Shown here: piece after piece, positions 38,668 through 47,845 of the stretch | Layout: the number at the start of each line of letters is the position of its first letter | Position numbering within the stretch: the stretch's first letter is position 1 | Origin: a virus | Taxonomy: Duplodnaviria > Caudoviricetes | Direction: 5' to 3' (one strand) | Virus record (IMG/VR): IMGVR_UViG_3300037808_001257 | Location: 1-55,669 of that record | Length of the DNA stretch: 55,669 nt | Translations under genes and position numbers: made by a program | The notes under the pieces: generated by a model | The model's input: the letters and a program-made list of their open reading frames with translations, nothing else | Database searches by the model: none | What the model was told of the DNA's origin: nothing

Positions 38668-40020
38668 ATGGCTTTTCTTAGGTATGCTAGGGCTAACATA
38701 GTTCGTCCCCAGCTCCATTCTATGGAGTGGGATAAAGTGAGAATTGCTTCAGGGTCTTCTAAGCTGAATAGCTCTTTGAGAAAGAAAGCAGAAGACATAC
38801 TTGGAGAACCTTTTACTCCTGAAAGATTTCTTTTAACACATGCTACTATTGTATGTTCTGTTGATGCAGTTAAAGTTCCGGGGTCTAAGATAGGCTCAGT
38901 TACTGAAGGAAATATTCAGATCAATAGGAAATACTCAGATTATAGAGTTACTTCTGAAACGGACAAATACATCAACAATAATTTAGACTGTTGGTCTAGG
39001 GGTGTAATTAAAAAGTCGTACTCGACTTTTGTTGGTGCTCACAATTTTGTTGAACACGTTCAGATTGAGGAACTAAGTAAAGGTCGCATTGTTGACGCTG
39101 TTCTTCGAGATGTTGGTGAATCTATCTATGTGGATATTCTTGTAGCCACAGATAAGAAACATGAAGATCTTGTCAACCAAATCCTTTCTGGTGAAATGAA
39201 CGGTATGTCGATGGGTTGTAGTGTCGATTTCACTGTTTGTACTAAATGTGGACATGTAGCAGCGGATGAAGCTCAAATGTGTACTCATGTTAAGTATGAA
39301 AAAGGGAACTCTTTCTTTGATGAGAGTGGAAACAAACATCGTGTAGCAGAACTCTGTGGTCATGATACTGAGGGAGACACAGGTGGGGTTACTTTTATAG
39401 AAGCTTCTTGGGTTTCCGTCCCTGCCTTTCGTGGTGCAGTGGCAAGAAATACTTTAGAAATACCTACAAAAAAAGCGTCTTTGAATTCCATCCCTTCTCA
39501 ATGGCTAACAAAAACAGCCGGGCCGTTTGATGAGGATGATGATGAAGGCTCTGATGAGGGCGAGTCTTCCGATTCTGATACCTCTGAGTCATTCTTAAAC
39601 CAGATCGAAGATGTTATCAAAGATGCCGTTCTTGACAAGTTAAAGAAAAAGCTTCAAAAAGAAATAGATGTGAGTTCTGGTAAGGAAACCCCTCCAACCA
39701 CACCTATAAATGTTACGGATGATACTGTAATAAAAGAAGCTTCAAAGAAATACTTGCTCAATCTTGATTTTGCAGTTAAGAAGGCATCTTCTAAAGCTCA
39801 TACTATTCGCAATATTAGGATAGTCAATGATCACTTTGATGTTTATTTGCCGAACCATATTTACAAAGTTGCAGAACAAATCGACTTTAATAAGAAATAT
39901 GGTAGCGTAAGTAACCTTATTAAAGAGGCTGAGAGTCTTCTCGGCTTTAAACTCAACAAAAAAGACTCCATTCGTCTTGTTAGATTAGCTAAACTGATCT
40001 CGCTAAAATCTGAGCAGTAG
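38668..40020 (+). CDS. Prohead (capsid maturation) protease with zinc-finger insertion
   Basis: NFVEH, GRIVDA, MSMGC (candidate catalytic Ser), CTKCGH..CTH, FIEASWVSVPAF; located before scaffold and capsid genes. Confidence 0.75.
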   Translation: MAFLRYARANIVRPQLHSMEWDKVRIASGSSKLNSSLRKKAEDILGEPFTPERFLLTHATIVCSVDAVKVPGSKIGSVTEGNIQINRKYSDYRVTSETDKYINNNLDCWSRGVIKKSYSTFVGAHNFVEHVQIEELSKGRIVDAVLRDVGESIYVDILVATDKKHEDLVNQILSGEMNGMSMGCSVDFTVCTKCGHVAADEAQMCTHVKYEKGNSFFDESGNKHRVAELCGHDTEGDTGGVTFIEASWVSVPAFRGAVARNTLEIPTKKASLNSIPSQWLTKTAGPFDEDDDEGSDEGESSDSDTSESFLNQIEDVIKDAVLDKLKKKLQKEIDVSSGKETPPTTPINVTDDTVIKEASKKYLLNLDFAVKKASSKAHTIRNIRIVNDHFDVYLPNHIYKVAEQIDFNKKYGSVSNLIKEAESLLGFKLNKKDSIRLVRLAKLISLKSEQ

Positions 40021-40050
40021 TCCTGCTCTTAATAGGAAAGGAAACACGTT

Positions 40051-42240
40051 ATGTCACAACGTAAATATCCCGCTTTTAATCGCAGGGCTAACTCTGCAAT
40101 GCCCGGTTACGACAACAATGGTTACGATTCTTTCGGACACCCTGCTGCCCAAGATCAACCTTCTGTAGATGCTTATGGTATTGATTCAGAGTTTGGTGAG
40201 GGCGTTACTGACGGACCTTACAGCTCAGGCCCTGCTCCTGCTTCTTATGGTTGGATGCCTGATCATCCTGCAACTCAAGACCAAACTATTTCAGACTACG
40301 AGTCAACTCGTTCTTTGAAAGAGCAAAATCTTAAGCTCGCTATGGAGAGAAAAGCTTCAAAGTGCATTGAGATTGCAGAGCACAGACTCGGTAAGTTTGC
40401 TTCTCAAGATGAAGTAGAAGACCTCGCTCTTCGCTTTATGGATCTCCCGAATCGTGCAATCACTGCTCGACTTCAGAGAATCGCTTCTGATTTCTTAGCA
40501 GGAGATGAGATGCAAGACGAGACTGGTTATGAGGGCGATGATGTTGGTCCTGGAAATGTCATGGCAGAAGACCTCCTTTCAGACGAGGATCTTATGGCTG
40601 ACGAGGATCTTATGGCAGATGTGGATCTTATGGCTGACGAGGATCTTATGGCTGACGATACTGAGTCTATGAGTCCTGCTGAAGTTCTTGCAGAGGAAAT
40701 CTCAATGCTTCGCCAAGCGAATATGCGTTTGCGTTCTGAGTTAAAAAAAAAAGCAGAAGAAGAAGTCCAAGATGAGACTGGCTACGAAGGCGATGACGAG
40801 AGTGTAGATACTCTTGAGGATTCTGAGCCTGACGATGAGCCTACTCAGAAACTTGCAGGTCTTTCTCGTCTTGCTTCAGTTCTCAGTAGTATGATGGCTG
40901 AAGAGGAAGATGCTTCATCACATGAGTTGATGGCAGATCTTCTTGCTGAAATGGAAATCCTTGCTAAGAGCTATAAGAATCACAATGATTATGGTGAGGC
41001 TATTGATGATGATTCTTTCTACCAAAAACCTGCTGAGAGAGGTGCAAGACGCTCTCAAAAAGGCGGAGGTATGTGGGATGCTCAAGTAAAGCAAAACCAC
41101 AATGATCTCTACTATAGAGACAACCCTGACATTTGGGATGTTAAGAGTCGTGCTCCAGGTGAGAAACCTCGTGATGCTAAGAAAAATGTGAACCATACAA
41201 TCGGTGATGGCGGAGCTAAATCTGTTTCTACTGCTCAAAATGAGACTAAGCGTGTTCGTAAGACTCGTGAGAGATCAGCAGATGACATTCTTTCAGAAGA
41301 TCAGTTTGCAGAGCTTCTTGCTACTCTTGAGATGGTTGCTAGAGGCAATAAGAAAAATAAGAGAAATAAGTGGTCTGATGCACCTTATGGAGAAACATTA
41401 AAAGGCGACTTTGGTTATATGGAGCCGCAACAGAGAGTAGATAACCAATCTACTAAAGGTAAGAGTGGTTGGCCTCTTGCGATTAAAGAAGGGTACAATG
41501 AAGCCTATTACCAAAAGTTCCAGGAAAATTGGAAGAAGCAAGCGATGGATCTCAATGCTGAAGAGCGAGATATGCTTGCTGCGATGCTTGCAGAAATTGA
41601 AACTGCTGAAGAGCAACCAGAGGTTGTAGCGTCTTCACAGGAGGCTTCAGACGAAGAAATCTTAGCAAATATGCTTGCAGAAATTGAAACTGCTGAAGAG
41701 CAACCAGAGGCTGTAGCGTCTTCACAGGAGGCTTCAGATGTAGATCCTATGGCTTCAGACGAAGATCTTATGGCTTCAGATGTAGATCCTATGGCTTCAG
41801 ACGAAGATCTTATGGCTTCAGACGAAGATCTTATGGCTTCAGACGAAGATCTTATGGCTTCAGACGAAGAGACCACTATGGTAGCTCCTATGGCTTCAGA
41901 AGATTTGGCAGATCAGAATGATCCACATCACTTCGCAGAAGACATTATGGGTCTTTCTGATGACGAAGTTGGTATCGACCCTAAACTTGCTCGTATTTTC
42001 TCCGCAGGAGATGAGATGCAAGATGCTACAGGGAATGAAGGCGAGGACGTTGGTCCTGGAAATGCTTCAGAGGAAGATGGAGAGTCAGCATCTGAGAAGT
42101 CAGCATCTTTCCGTCCTCAGACTACTGCACGTCAGTCTTCTGTTAAGACTCTAGGAAATATTTCTCGTGAAGCCTCTTCGGCATCTGACGAGCTTTCTAA
42201 ACTTTGGGAGTCTGCTCCTGACGTAAGTAAGTTCTTCTGA
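40051..42240 (+). CDS. Acidic, repeat-rich putative capsid scaffold protein
   Basis: Very D/E-rich; DEDLMA(S) repeats; lies between protease and capsid genes. Confidence 0.65.
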   Translation: MSQRKYPAFNRRANSAMPGYDNNGYDSFGHPAAQDQPSVDAYGIDSEFGEGVTDGPYSSGPAPASYGWMPDHPATQDQTISDYESTRSLKEQNLKLAMERKASKCIEIAEHRLGKFASQDEVEDLALRFMDLPNRAITARLQRIASDFLAGDEMQDETGYEGDDVGPGNVMAEDLLSDEDLMADEDLMADVDLMADEDLMADDTESMSPAEVLAEEISMLRQANMRLRSELKKKAEEEVQDETGYEGDDESVDTLEDSEPDDEPTQKLAGLSRLASVLSSMMAEEEDASSHELMADLLAEMEILAKSYKNHNDYGEAIDDDSFYQKPAERGARRSQKGGGMWDAQVKQNHNDLYYRDNPDIWDVKSRAPGEKPRDAKKNVNHTIGDGGAKSVSTAQNETKRVRKTRERSADDILSEDQFAELLATLEMVARGNKKNKRNKWSDAPYGETLKGDFGYMEPQQRVDNQSTKGKSGWPLAIKEGYNEAYYQKFQENWKKQAMDLNAEERDMLAAMLAEIETAEEQPEVVASSQEASDEEILANMLAEIETAEEQPEAVASSQEASDVDPMASDEDLMASDVDPMASDEDLMASDEDLMASDEDLMASDEETTMVAPMASEDLADQNDPHHFAEDIMGLSDDEVGIDPKLARIFSAGDEMQDATGNEGEDVGPGNASEEDGESASEKSASFRPQTTARQSSVKTLGNISREASSASDELSKLWESAPDVSKFF
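40582..40653 (+). repeat. 18-bp coding tandem repeat x4 (DEDLMA)
   Basis: GACGAGGATCTTATGGCT units read directly. Confidence 0.95.
41584..41870 (+). repeat. 87-bp-period duplication followed by a 21-bp tandem repeat x6 plus partial (ASDEDLM / ASDVDPM)
   Basis: MLAEIETAEEQPE.VASSQEASD occurs twice; GCTTCAGACGAAGATCTTATG units span 41731-41870. Confidence 0.95.
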
Positions 42241-42404
42241 GATAAAGTATTCTTAAAGAAATATAGAGAATACTATAATAGTTCCTTTATATTTCTATGC
42301 TATATTGTTGAAAACCTTTGGGGGTCGCTTCGCCTTCCCCTTTCTAACTAACACACTACTCTCTTGGAAACAGAGAGTATGAGCAAACACATAGGAGAAA
42401 TACT

Positions 42405-43043
42405 ATGGCTCTACTTGGACAAGCTAGTGGTGGTTTTACTGAAAGTAGCTCTGCTCTTCGTATTTTGCACATCGGTGTTCGTAACACCCTTGGTCAACTT
42501 ACTTCAGACAGCTTCATTCAGACGAACCCCCCAATTATTACGACTCCTGCGACTGTATCTCAGTCTAGTGGTCTTTCCCTCGTCACAGGCGTACTCGGTG
42601 TATTGAGTGGTTCTGTTGCTTTCGCAAGAACTTCAGCAGACGGTAACACTCATGGTGGGCCTTCTGATTCTGGTAACATTGCAGACGCAAATGAGCGAGT
42701 ACTCGGTATTTTCATTAACAATGCTTCGGGCAATGCTTTTGAGAATCAACCCGGTGTTGCTTCTAACAGAGGACCTTATGTTTCTGCACAAGGTTCTTAC
42801 GGAAATAAACTCCGAGAGACACAACAACTCACCGCAGGTAACAATGCAGGTGCAGGCAATGACCTTACTTATGCTGTAGGGGATAGCCTTGTTGCTTCTC
42901 TTAACGGTTATCTCACTAACAGTGCTCAGACTACTGATCATCACGATGTGGCACATGGTGTGGCAACTACTACTGAGATTGCTATTCTTAAAATTGTACC
43001 CGATTCTGACTCTGATGAGTTGGTTTACGATCAACGTATCTGA
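42405..43043 (+). CDS. Head decoration / minor capsid protein
   Basis: G/S/T/A-rich 212-aa protein directly upstream of the MCP; VLGIFIN, YAVGDSL..S.NGYLT; AGGAG RBS. Confidence 0.65.
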   Translation: MALLGQASGGFTESSSALRILHIGVRNTLGQLTSDSFIQTNPPIITTPATVSQSSGLSLVTGVLGVLSGSVAFARTSADGNTHGGPSDSGNIADANERVLGIFINNASGNAFENQPGVASNRGPYVSAQGSYGNKLRETQQLTAGNNAGAGNDLTYAVGDSLVASLNGYLTNSAQTTDHHDVAHGVATTTEIAILKIVPDSDSDELVYDQRI

Positions 43044-43061
43044 TAGAAAGGAGTTAGAACT

Positions 43062-43937
43062 ATGAGTACCGTAGATAATGCAGTAAAACAGAAGATTATT
43101 TCTGACTATATTAAGACTCCACAGGGTCGTAGCAAACTCGCAGCCAGCATGACTCAGCCTTTGCGTCTTCGCAGAGACTATACGAGCGTTGGTCGTAAGA
43201 CTTTCCTCGTTGAGCAACTTCCTGATGGTGCGTTGCCGATTTATGACAAAGATCCAGACGTGACTGCGTTTGTGGTTGGTGAAGAGGGTGAGAACATTCT
43301 CGCTATCACCAAGCCTAGACGTGTGATTTTCCCTCTTTTTGAGATTGCGTCTAACCCTGAGATCCCATTGACTCAAATCAAAGAGAGACGCTTCGATCTG
43401 ATCGAGCGTGCTCAAGATTTGGCTCGTGCTCAGATCCAAGCGGCGGAAGACGAGCGTGTATTCGCTATTCTTGACGCAGTTGCTACTTCAGGCTTTGATA
43501 GCGTTCCTGGTCAAACTAACGCTGACATTCCTGTTATCGCTCCTCTCAATGGTGCTGTTCTTGCTGATGCTTTTGCTCTCATCGAGAGACATGACCTTCG
43601 TGTTGCTCGTATCTTCATGAACGCTCGTGATTATGCTGACATCCGTAAGTTCGGTAGAGACATTCTTGACATTGAGAGCCAAGCGGCTCTCCTCAAGACA
43701 GGTCTTCAAGCGACTCTTTGGGGTGCTCAGATTATCACTAGTCGTCTTGTTCCTGTTGGAACTGTGTACGCCACTTGTGAGCCTGAAATGTTCGGACGTA
43801 TCCCTGTTCGTACTGAGCTTACCGTTCTTTCTGCTGATGATCCAAAGGCTCGTACCATTGGTTTCAGCGTTTTTGAGAACTTGGGTATAGGTGCATATAA
43901 CCCTAAGGGCCTTGCACGACTCACCGTTACTCGCTAA
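43062..43937 (+). CDS. Major capsid protein (HK97 fold)
   Basis: LRLRRDY..VGRK.FLVEQLP.GA.P.YD, FEIASNP, IQAAED, LWGAQI..S..VP.G.VY, IGFSVFE.LG; strongly biased codon usage; followed by a terminator. Confidence 0.88.
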   Translation: MSTVDNAVKQKIISDYIKTPQGRSKLAASMTQPLRLRRDYTSVGRKTFLVEQLPDGALPIYDKDPDVTAFVVGEEGENILAITKPRRVIFPLFEIASNPEIPLTQIKERRFDLIERAQDLARAQIQAAEDERVFAILDAVATSGFDSVPGQTNADIPVIAPLNGAVLADAFALIERHDLRVARIFMNARDYADIRKFGRDILDIESQAALLKTGLQATLWGAQIITSRLVPVGTVYATCEPEMFGRIPVRTELTVLSADDPKARTIGFSVFENLGIGAYNPKGLARLTVTR

Positions 43938-43981
43938 TCTTTAAGAAATAGCTTGTAACTCCGCCTACTTAGGTAGGTGTG

Positions 43982-44034
43982 AGAGATCTCAGATTAAACC
44001 TCATTTCCCTTTGGGAGATGGGGTTTTCTCGTTT
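43982..44034 (+). repeat. Terminator-containing direct repeat, copy 1 (53 bp)
   Basis: AAACCTCATTTCCC-TTT-GGGAGATGGGGTTT hairpin; 52/53 identical to 45505-45557. Confidence 0.95.
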
Positions 44035-44120
44035 CTAGGGTTCTTTTTTTGCCTTATCTCACCCTCATGTGCTAAAGTGGATGCACTCTTAAACACTAAG
44101 AACCACATAAGGAGTGTAAG

Positions 44121-44597
44121 ATGAACAACAATTTTGTTCCAGTTCCCACAGTAATGGAAGCCATGACAGGTTTCCTCTGTAGTAAGGCTTTTCTTATCTA
44201 TCTAATTATATTTGGTGTTCCATTTTTTATATGGCTTTTTAGCAAAAAAAAGAGGAGAGAAGAAACTGATCTCTTTCGAGCACTAATGCTCGAAAACCAA
44301 AATCTTAGGCGAAGACTAGGACAGACACCAAATGAAGAGCAAGATGATATGTTCTCCAACAACGTACTCACCTCGTCAGATGACAATAAAAAACGACAGT
44401 TTAAAGATATCAAATGGATAAACGCAGGACTCAGACATGATATAAAAATACTAAACATCGAGGATAAAGAGACACTATTGAAAGCGAAGGCTCTACTTTT
44501 GTACTTAACTACCTCGGAGAAACAAACCCCACAATTTATTGAGGGTGTTCAGAAAACGCTCAAGGTTATTACGATCCTAGAAAAGAGTGTAAGATGA
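44121..44597 (+). CDS. Single-TM membrane protein
   Basis: AFLIYLIIFGVPFFIWLF followed by KKKRR; AAGGAG RBS. Confidence 0.75.
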   Translation: MNNNFVPVPTVMEAMTGFLCSKAFLIYLIIFGVPFFIWLFSKKKRREETDLFRALMLENQNLRRRLGQTPNEEQDDMFSNNVLTSSDDNKKRQFKDIKWINAGLRHDIKILNIEDKETLLKAKALLLYLTTSEKQTPQFIEGVQKTLKVITILEKSVR

Positions 44598-45505
44598 GAG
44601 CGATACCATGCCCTATATCTAAAGAGCGTTTTGAAGACCTCTATACTAAGCAATACTTAACACAGGAGCAGATTAACGAGTTGTTGATCTCTGAGGGTAT
44701 TGACTCAAGCATAAAGCGTATTGGTAGTTGGAGACTACGCTATGGGATTGAAACGGTATCTAAGTTTGATCGTCTTGAGTTACCAAAGATTGAGGGGGAG
44801 TTAAGATCAATCCTTATTGGTTCTATGCTAGGTGACGGTCGTATTGCTTTTCGTACTAACGCTTCACACTATGAGGAACGACACGCACCCAATCAGAAAG
44901 AGTATCTTGAGTGGAAGCAAGAGAAGTGGGGCGTGTGGTCATCTGGGGGTTTAGCTGTAGCGATGAGTAGGGAGTTCCCTAGTTATATCTTTCGCACCCA
45001 CGCTCACCCTATGCTGAATGAGTATCGAGACTTGTTCTATGAGGAGAGGGGTAAGGGGTGGAAAGTTGTTAAGTCTGATGTTATAGACCAAGTAGATGAG
45101 TTAGCTTTGGCTATGTGGTATCTCGATGATGGTCATGCAGGACATTGGCCTATTATTTGTTTTGGTGCAAAACAGGGGAGTCGAGCTAACGCTTACTTAA
45201 TCTTTGAGAAGTTTGGATTGCACCCAAGATGGAAAGTGGTAAAAGACACGAATGGTCAGTTCCATTTTCGAGAGGAAGATGCGGAGCGATTTATTGAGAT
45301 CATTAAGCCTCATGTACCCGATTGTATGTCTTACAAGTTGGACTTTGGTTTTCAAGGTCGTAACAATGCTATTAAGAAAAAGATGAACAAAGGTATCTTA
45401 GAGGAGTTGAGGGGTAAGGGTTGGAGTAAGCGTAGGATAGCTAAGTATCTTGATGTGGGATATAATACAGCAGATCGTTGGATGCGTAAGTTTGGGGTTG
45501 AGTAA
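44594..45505 (+). CDS. Free-standing LAGLIDADG homing endonuclease with flanking HTH-like regions
   Basis: ILIGSMLGDG, QKEYLEWK, LAMWYLDDG, IKPHV...MSYK; C-terminal GWSKRRIAKYLDV HTH. Confidence 0.9.
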   Translation: MRAIPCPISKERFEDLYTKQYLTQEQINELLISEGIDSSIKRIGSWRLRYGIETVSKFDRLELPKIEGELRSILIGSMLGDGRIAFRTNASHYEERHAPNQKEYLEWKQEKWGVWSSGGLAVAMSREFPSYIFRTHAHPMLNEYRDLFYEERGKGWKVVKSDVIDQVDELALAMWYLDDGHAGHWPIICFGAKQGSRANAYLIFEKFGLHPRWKVVKDTNGQFHFREEDAERFIEIIKPHVPDCMSYKLDFGFQGRNNAIKKKMNKGILEELRGKGWSKRRIAKYLDVGYNTADRWMRKFGVE

Positions 45506-45557
45506 GAGATCTCAGATTAAACCTCATTTCCCTTTGGGAGATGGGGTTTTTTCGTTT
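45505..45557 (+). repeat. Terminator-containing direct repeat, copy 2
   Basis: One mismatch versus 43982-44034. Confidence 0.95.
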
Positions 45558-45633
45558 TTATAATAGTTTTTTTGTTTGTTTATCTTCTCTGTTAGGTGTT
45601 GTTATCTTTAATAACACACATGGAGAAATGATT

Positions 45634-46038
45634 ATGAGAAGATCAGCATCAGAAATACTTAGAGACTTAGAAAAAAGAGTAGCAACGCTTGAATATAGAG
45701 ACTCTAAATTAGAGGTCTATGTTCAGGTTGAGTTTGATGATCAAGATGGTAGTCGCCCATTTATAGATAAAAGAACCTTTCGCAACATAGAAGACCTAGT
45801 AGGTTTCCTTAAAAGTTCGCATCCAGATAATGGTAAGTATGACGAGCTAGTAGATAATAGAAATAAAGAAGTAAAATCTATCTCTGCCTTGAGGGTTGGT
45901 AAACTGGTTCAGCTTTTAACTGTGACGGAGGATGAAACCGTCACCGCCTCAATTCTCATTGTAAAAGCCAATAATTTGGATCTGGTACAGCTAGGTAGAG
46001 CACTCTTTGATGATCTTTATGATAAATATAAGAGTTAA
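45634..46038 (+). CDS. Leader + cargo protein (MRRSASEILRDLEKRVATLE...)
   Basis: GGAG RBS 8 nt before ATG 45634; 5' UTR and first 20 codons are homologous to 46171. Confidence 0.8.
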   Translation: MRRSASEILRDLEKRVATLEYRDSKLEVYVQVEFDDQDGSRPFIDKRTFRNIEDLVGFLKSSHPDNGKYDELVDNRNKEVKSISALRVGKLVQLLTVTEDETVTASILIVKANNLDLVQLGRALFDDLYDKYKS

Positions 46039-46060
46039 TAACTTCTGTATTGCAATTTTA

Positions 46061-46105
46061 AAACGCTCTATTTCCTTCGGGTGTTGGGGTTTTCTCGTTT
46101 CTAGG
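46061..46105 (+). repeat. Diverged terminator repeat, copy 3
   Basis: TATTTCCTTCGGGTGTTGGGGTTTTCTCGTTTCTAGG shares its 3' half with copy 1. Confidence 0.85.
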
Positions 46106-46170
46106 ATAGTTCTTTTATTATTGCATATAAGTGTTGTTATCCCCCTTTAGCTACATATGGAGAAATAAAA

Positions 46171-46788
46171 ATGAGAAGAACAGCATCAGAAATAATTAAT
46201 GACCTTGAGATCAGGGTAGCCCGTCTTGAAAGAACAGCATTAGTTGAAGGAACACCAAAAGTAGCTCAATTACATATCCAAGCAAAAAGCTATGATCGTG
46301 TATTTTACTCTCCAAAGCCATTCACTTCTTTTCGTAATGTAAGTCAAGATCAAGGCTACACACTATACGAGAAGCCTAAAGGTCTTTGGTACTCTTGTGG
46401 TAAGGATTGGAAATATTTTGTTCAGACAAATATGGAACATGCAAGATATCCTCACAAATATTTACTTGAAGTAAATCTTAATCGTATGTGTGTGGTACGA
46501 ACAGAAAAAGAGTTATTGAAATTTAGTGAGAAATATGGAGAGCTAGAAAAACCAGATATTAACTTTAAGGGTGATAAAGGAAGATGGGCAGTTGATTGGA
46601 ACAAGGTATCAAGAGACTATGATGGGATAGAGATATGTCCGTACATAGATATTGATTGGAGCTTGAAAGAGTATTATAAATGGTACGATTTTTGGGATGT
46701 GGCAAGTGGCTGTATTTGGGGTAAGGGTGCAATTAAAGATATTACTGAAGTTGACAGCGACATGGGAGATAACGAGTTCCGCTATTAG
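46171..46788 (+). CDS. Leader + cargo protein (MRRTASEIINDLEIRVARLE...); Trp-rich cargo, possibly ADP-ribosyltransferase-like
   Basis: KPKGLWYS, DWNKVSRDYDGIEI, WDVASGCIW. The ART assignment is tentative. Confidence 0.75.
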   Translation: MRRTASEIINDLEIRVARLERTALVEGTPKVAQLHIQAKSYDRVFYSPKPFTSFRNVSQDQGYTLYEKPKGLWYSCGKDWKYFVQTNMEHARYPHKYLLEVNLNRMCVVRTEKELLKFSEKYGELEKPDINFKGDKGRWAVDWNKVSRDYDGIEICPYIDIDWSLKEYYKWYDFWDVASGCIWGKGAIKDITEVDSDMGDNEFRY

Positions 46789-46805
46789 AATAATCAGAGT
46801 TACTT

Positions 46806-46836
46806 CTCGCTAATCGTTAAGAAATAGCTTGCAACT
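46806..46836 (+). repeat. Copy of the capsid-gene 3' end and downstream sequence
   Basis: CTCGCTAATCGTTAAGAAATAGCTTGCAACT is 29/31 identical to 43930-43960 and includes the CGC TAA end of the MCP gene. Confidence 0.9.
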
Positions 46837-46853
46837 TAAGGGTTCTAAGAAAT

Positions 46854-46892
46854 AACCTCATTTCCTTCAGGTAGTGGGGTTTTCTCGTTTCT
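46854..46892 (+). repeat. Diverged terminator repeat, copy 4
   Basis: AACCTCATTTCCTTCAGGTAGTGGGGTTTTCTCGTTTCT. Confidence 0.88.
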
Positions 46893-46965
46893 GATAGTTT
46901 TTCATTGGAGTTGACATTCTTCCTCTATTGTTCTTAAATACCTTAGTAAGAAACTTAAGAGGTGT

Positions 46966-47187
46966 GTGTATATGTGTGACGATGATTTTGACGTTGAAGA
47001 AATAATGAGAGAAATACTCAACCCGAACCCTAAGTGGGAAGAAACACCCACACTAGGTGGAGATTCCCCCAAAGAGAAGCGAGTCTCCGAAATACATATC
47101 TCGGATAAGAATAACAAAAAGTTTGTATTTCCCGGAGACTTTATCGTTAGGTTTGAAGGCGATAAAGTGATCTGCTCATGTGGTTAA
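46966..47187 (+). CDS. Small hypothetical protein
   Basis: About 71-73 aa; GAGGTG RBS; start may be ATG 46972. Confidence 0.55.
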   Translation: MYMCDDDFDVEEIMREILNPNPKWEETPTLGGDSPKEKRVSEIHISDKNNKKFVFPGDFIVRFEGDKVICSCG

Positions 47188-47757
47188 GTCTTTCAGTTCT
47201 TTTAAATTCTTGAAAGACTTTAAAAGATCAAACCTGTAAAAAGCAGATTTGTTTCTTATGTCTTTACACTTAACTAAAGTATCATTGAAGTTTTGAGGGT
47301 GGTTGACTGCGATTTTATCTGCAAGACCACACATATGAAAAGTCAGATTGTTTTCTTTTATTAAGATTATCTGAGGGTTTCTAGTAGGCGAAGAAGCACT
47401 GGGTTTCTTTAAGAGAGGAAACCAACCTTTCTCTACTGACTTAACACCTACGTTTAAGTTTAAAGCAGAGAGGTCACATACGTCGTATCTGAGTGACTCT
47501 CCTATAGAGAAATCTACGAACTTTACGCCTAAGAATATTTCTAAAGCACATTCTCCACCCCAACCTGTGTACCATCTTTTAATTAGAGATTTAGGGTCTC
47601 TAGCATATTCTATTTCTTTAGTCTTCTGTAAGACTATTTCTCGAACTTTTGATTTTATTTCTAAATCTTTTTCTGTGGGTATGTTTATTTTAGTAGAGTT
47701 TTTAACAATAAGTTCAGCATATTGCATATACTTAGTGTTGTAGTAGGGGGAATCCAT
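47176..47757 (-). CDS. Hypothetical protein, possible PD-(D/E)XK nuclease fold
   Basis: GWGGECA (helix Glu), ..D.., VGVKS pattern. Weak evidence for the fold. Confidence 0.6.
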   Translation of the reverse strand: MDSPYYNTKYMQYAELIVKNSTKINIPTEKDLEIKSKVREIVLQKTKEIEYARDPKSLIKRWYTGWGGECALEIFLGVKFVDFSIGESLRYDVCDLSALNLNVGVKSVEKGWFPLLKKPSASSPTRNPQIILIKENNLTFHMCGLADKIAVNHPQNFNDTLVKCKDIRNKSAFYRFDLLKSFKNLKELKDLTT

Positions 47758-47845
47758 GTGTTTTAACCTGTTTCTGTTAAGATTTATGGTTCTTTTATAT
47801 CATATCATCGGTATGGTCTAACAATTCGTTTAAAGGAGAGAGAAG

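Noticed and set aside
40582-41870. Diversity-generating retroelement TR/VR pair
   Set aside because: These are in-frame tandem coding repeats without adenine-specific mismatches; no reverse transcriptase is present.
42633-43439. 268-aa minus-strand ORF
   Set aside because: Antisense shadow of the codon-biased decoration and capsid genes; no recognisable motifs.
43982-46892. Integron attC array or CRISPR
   Set aside because: Repeats are terminator-like hairpins without clear attC R/L boxes; no integrase is present; spacing is gene-sized.
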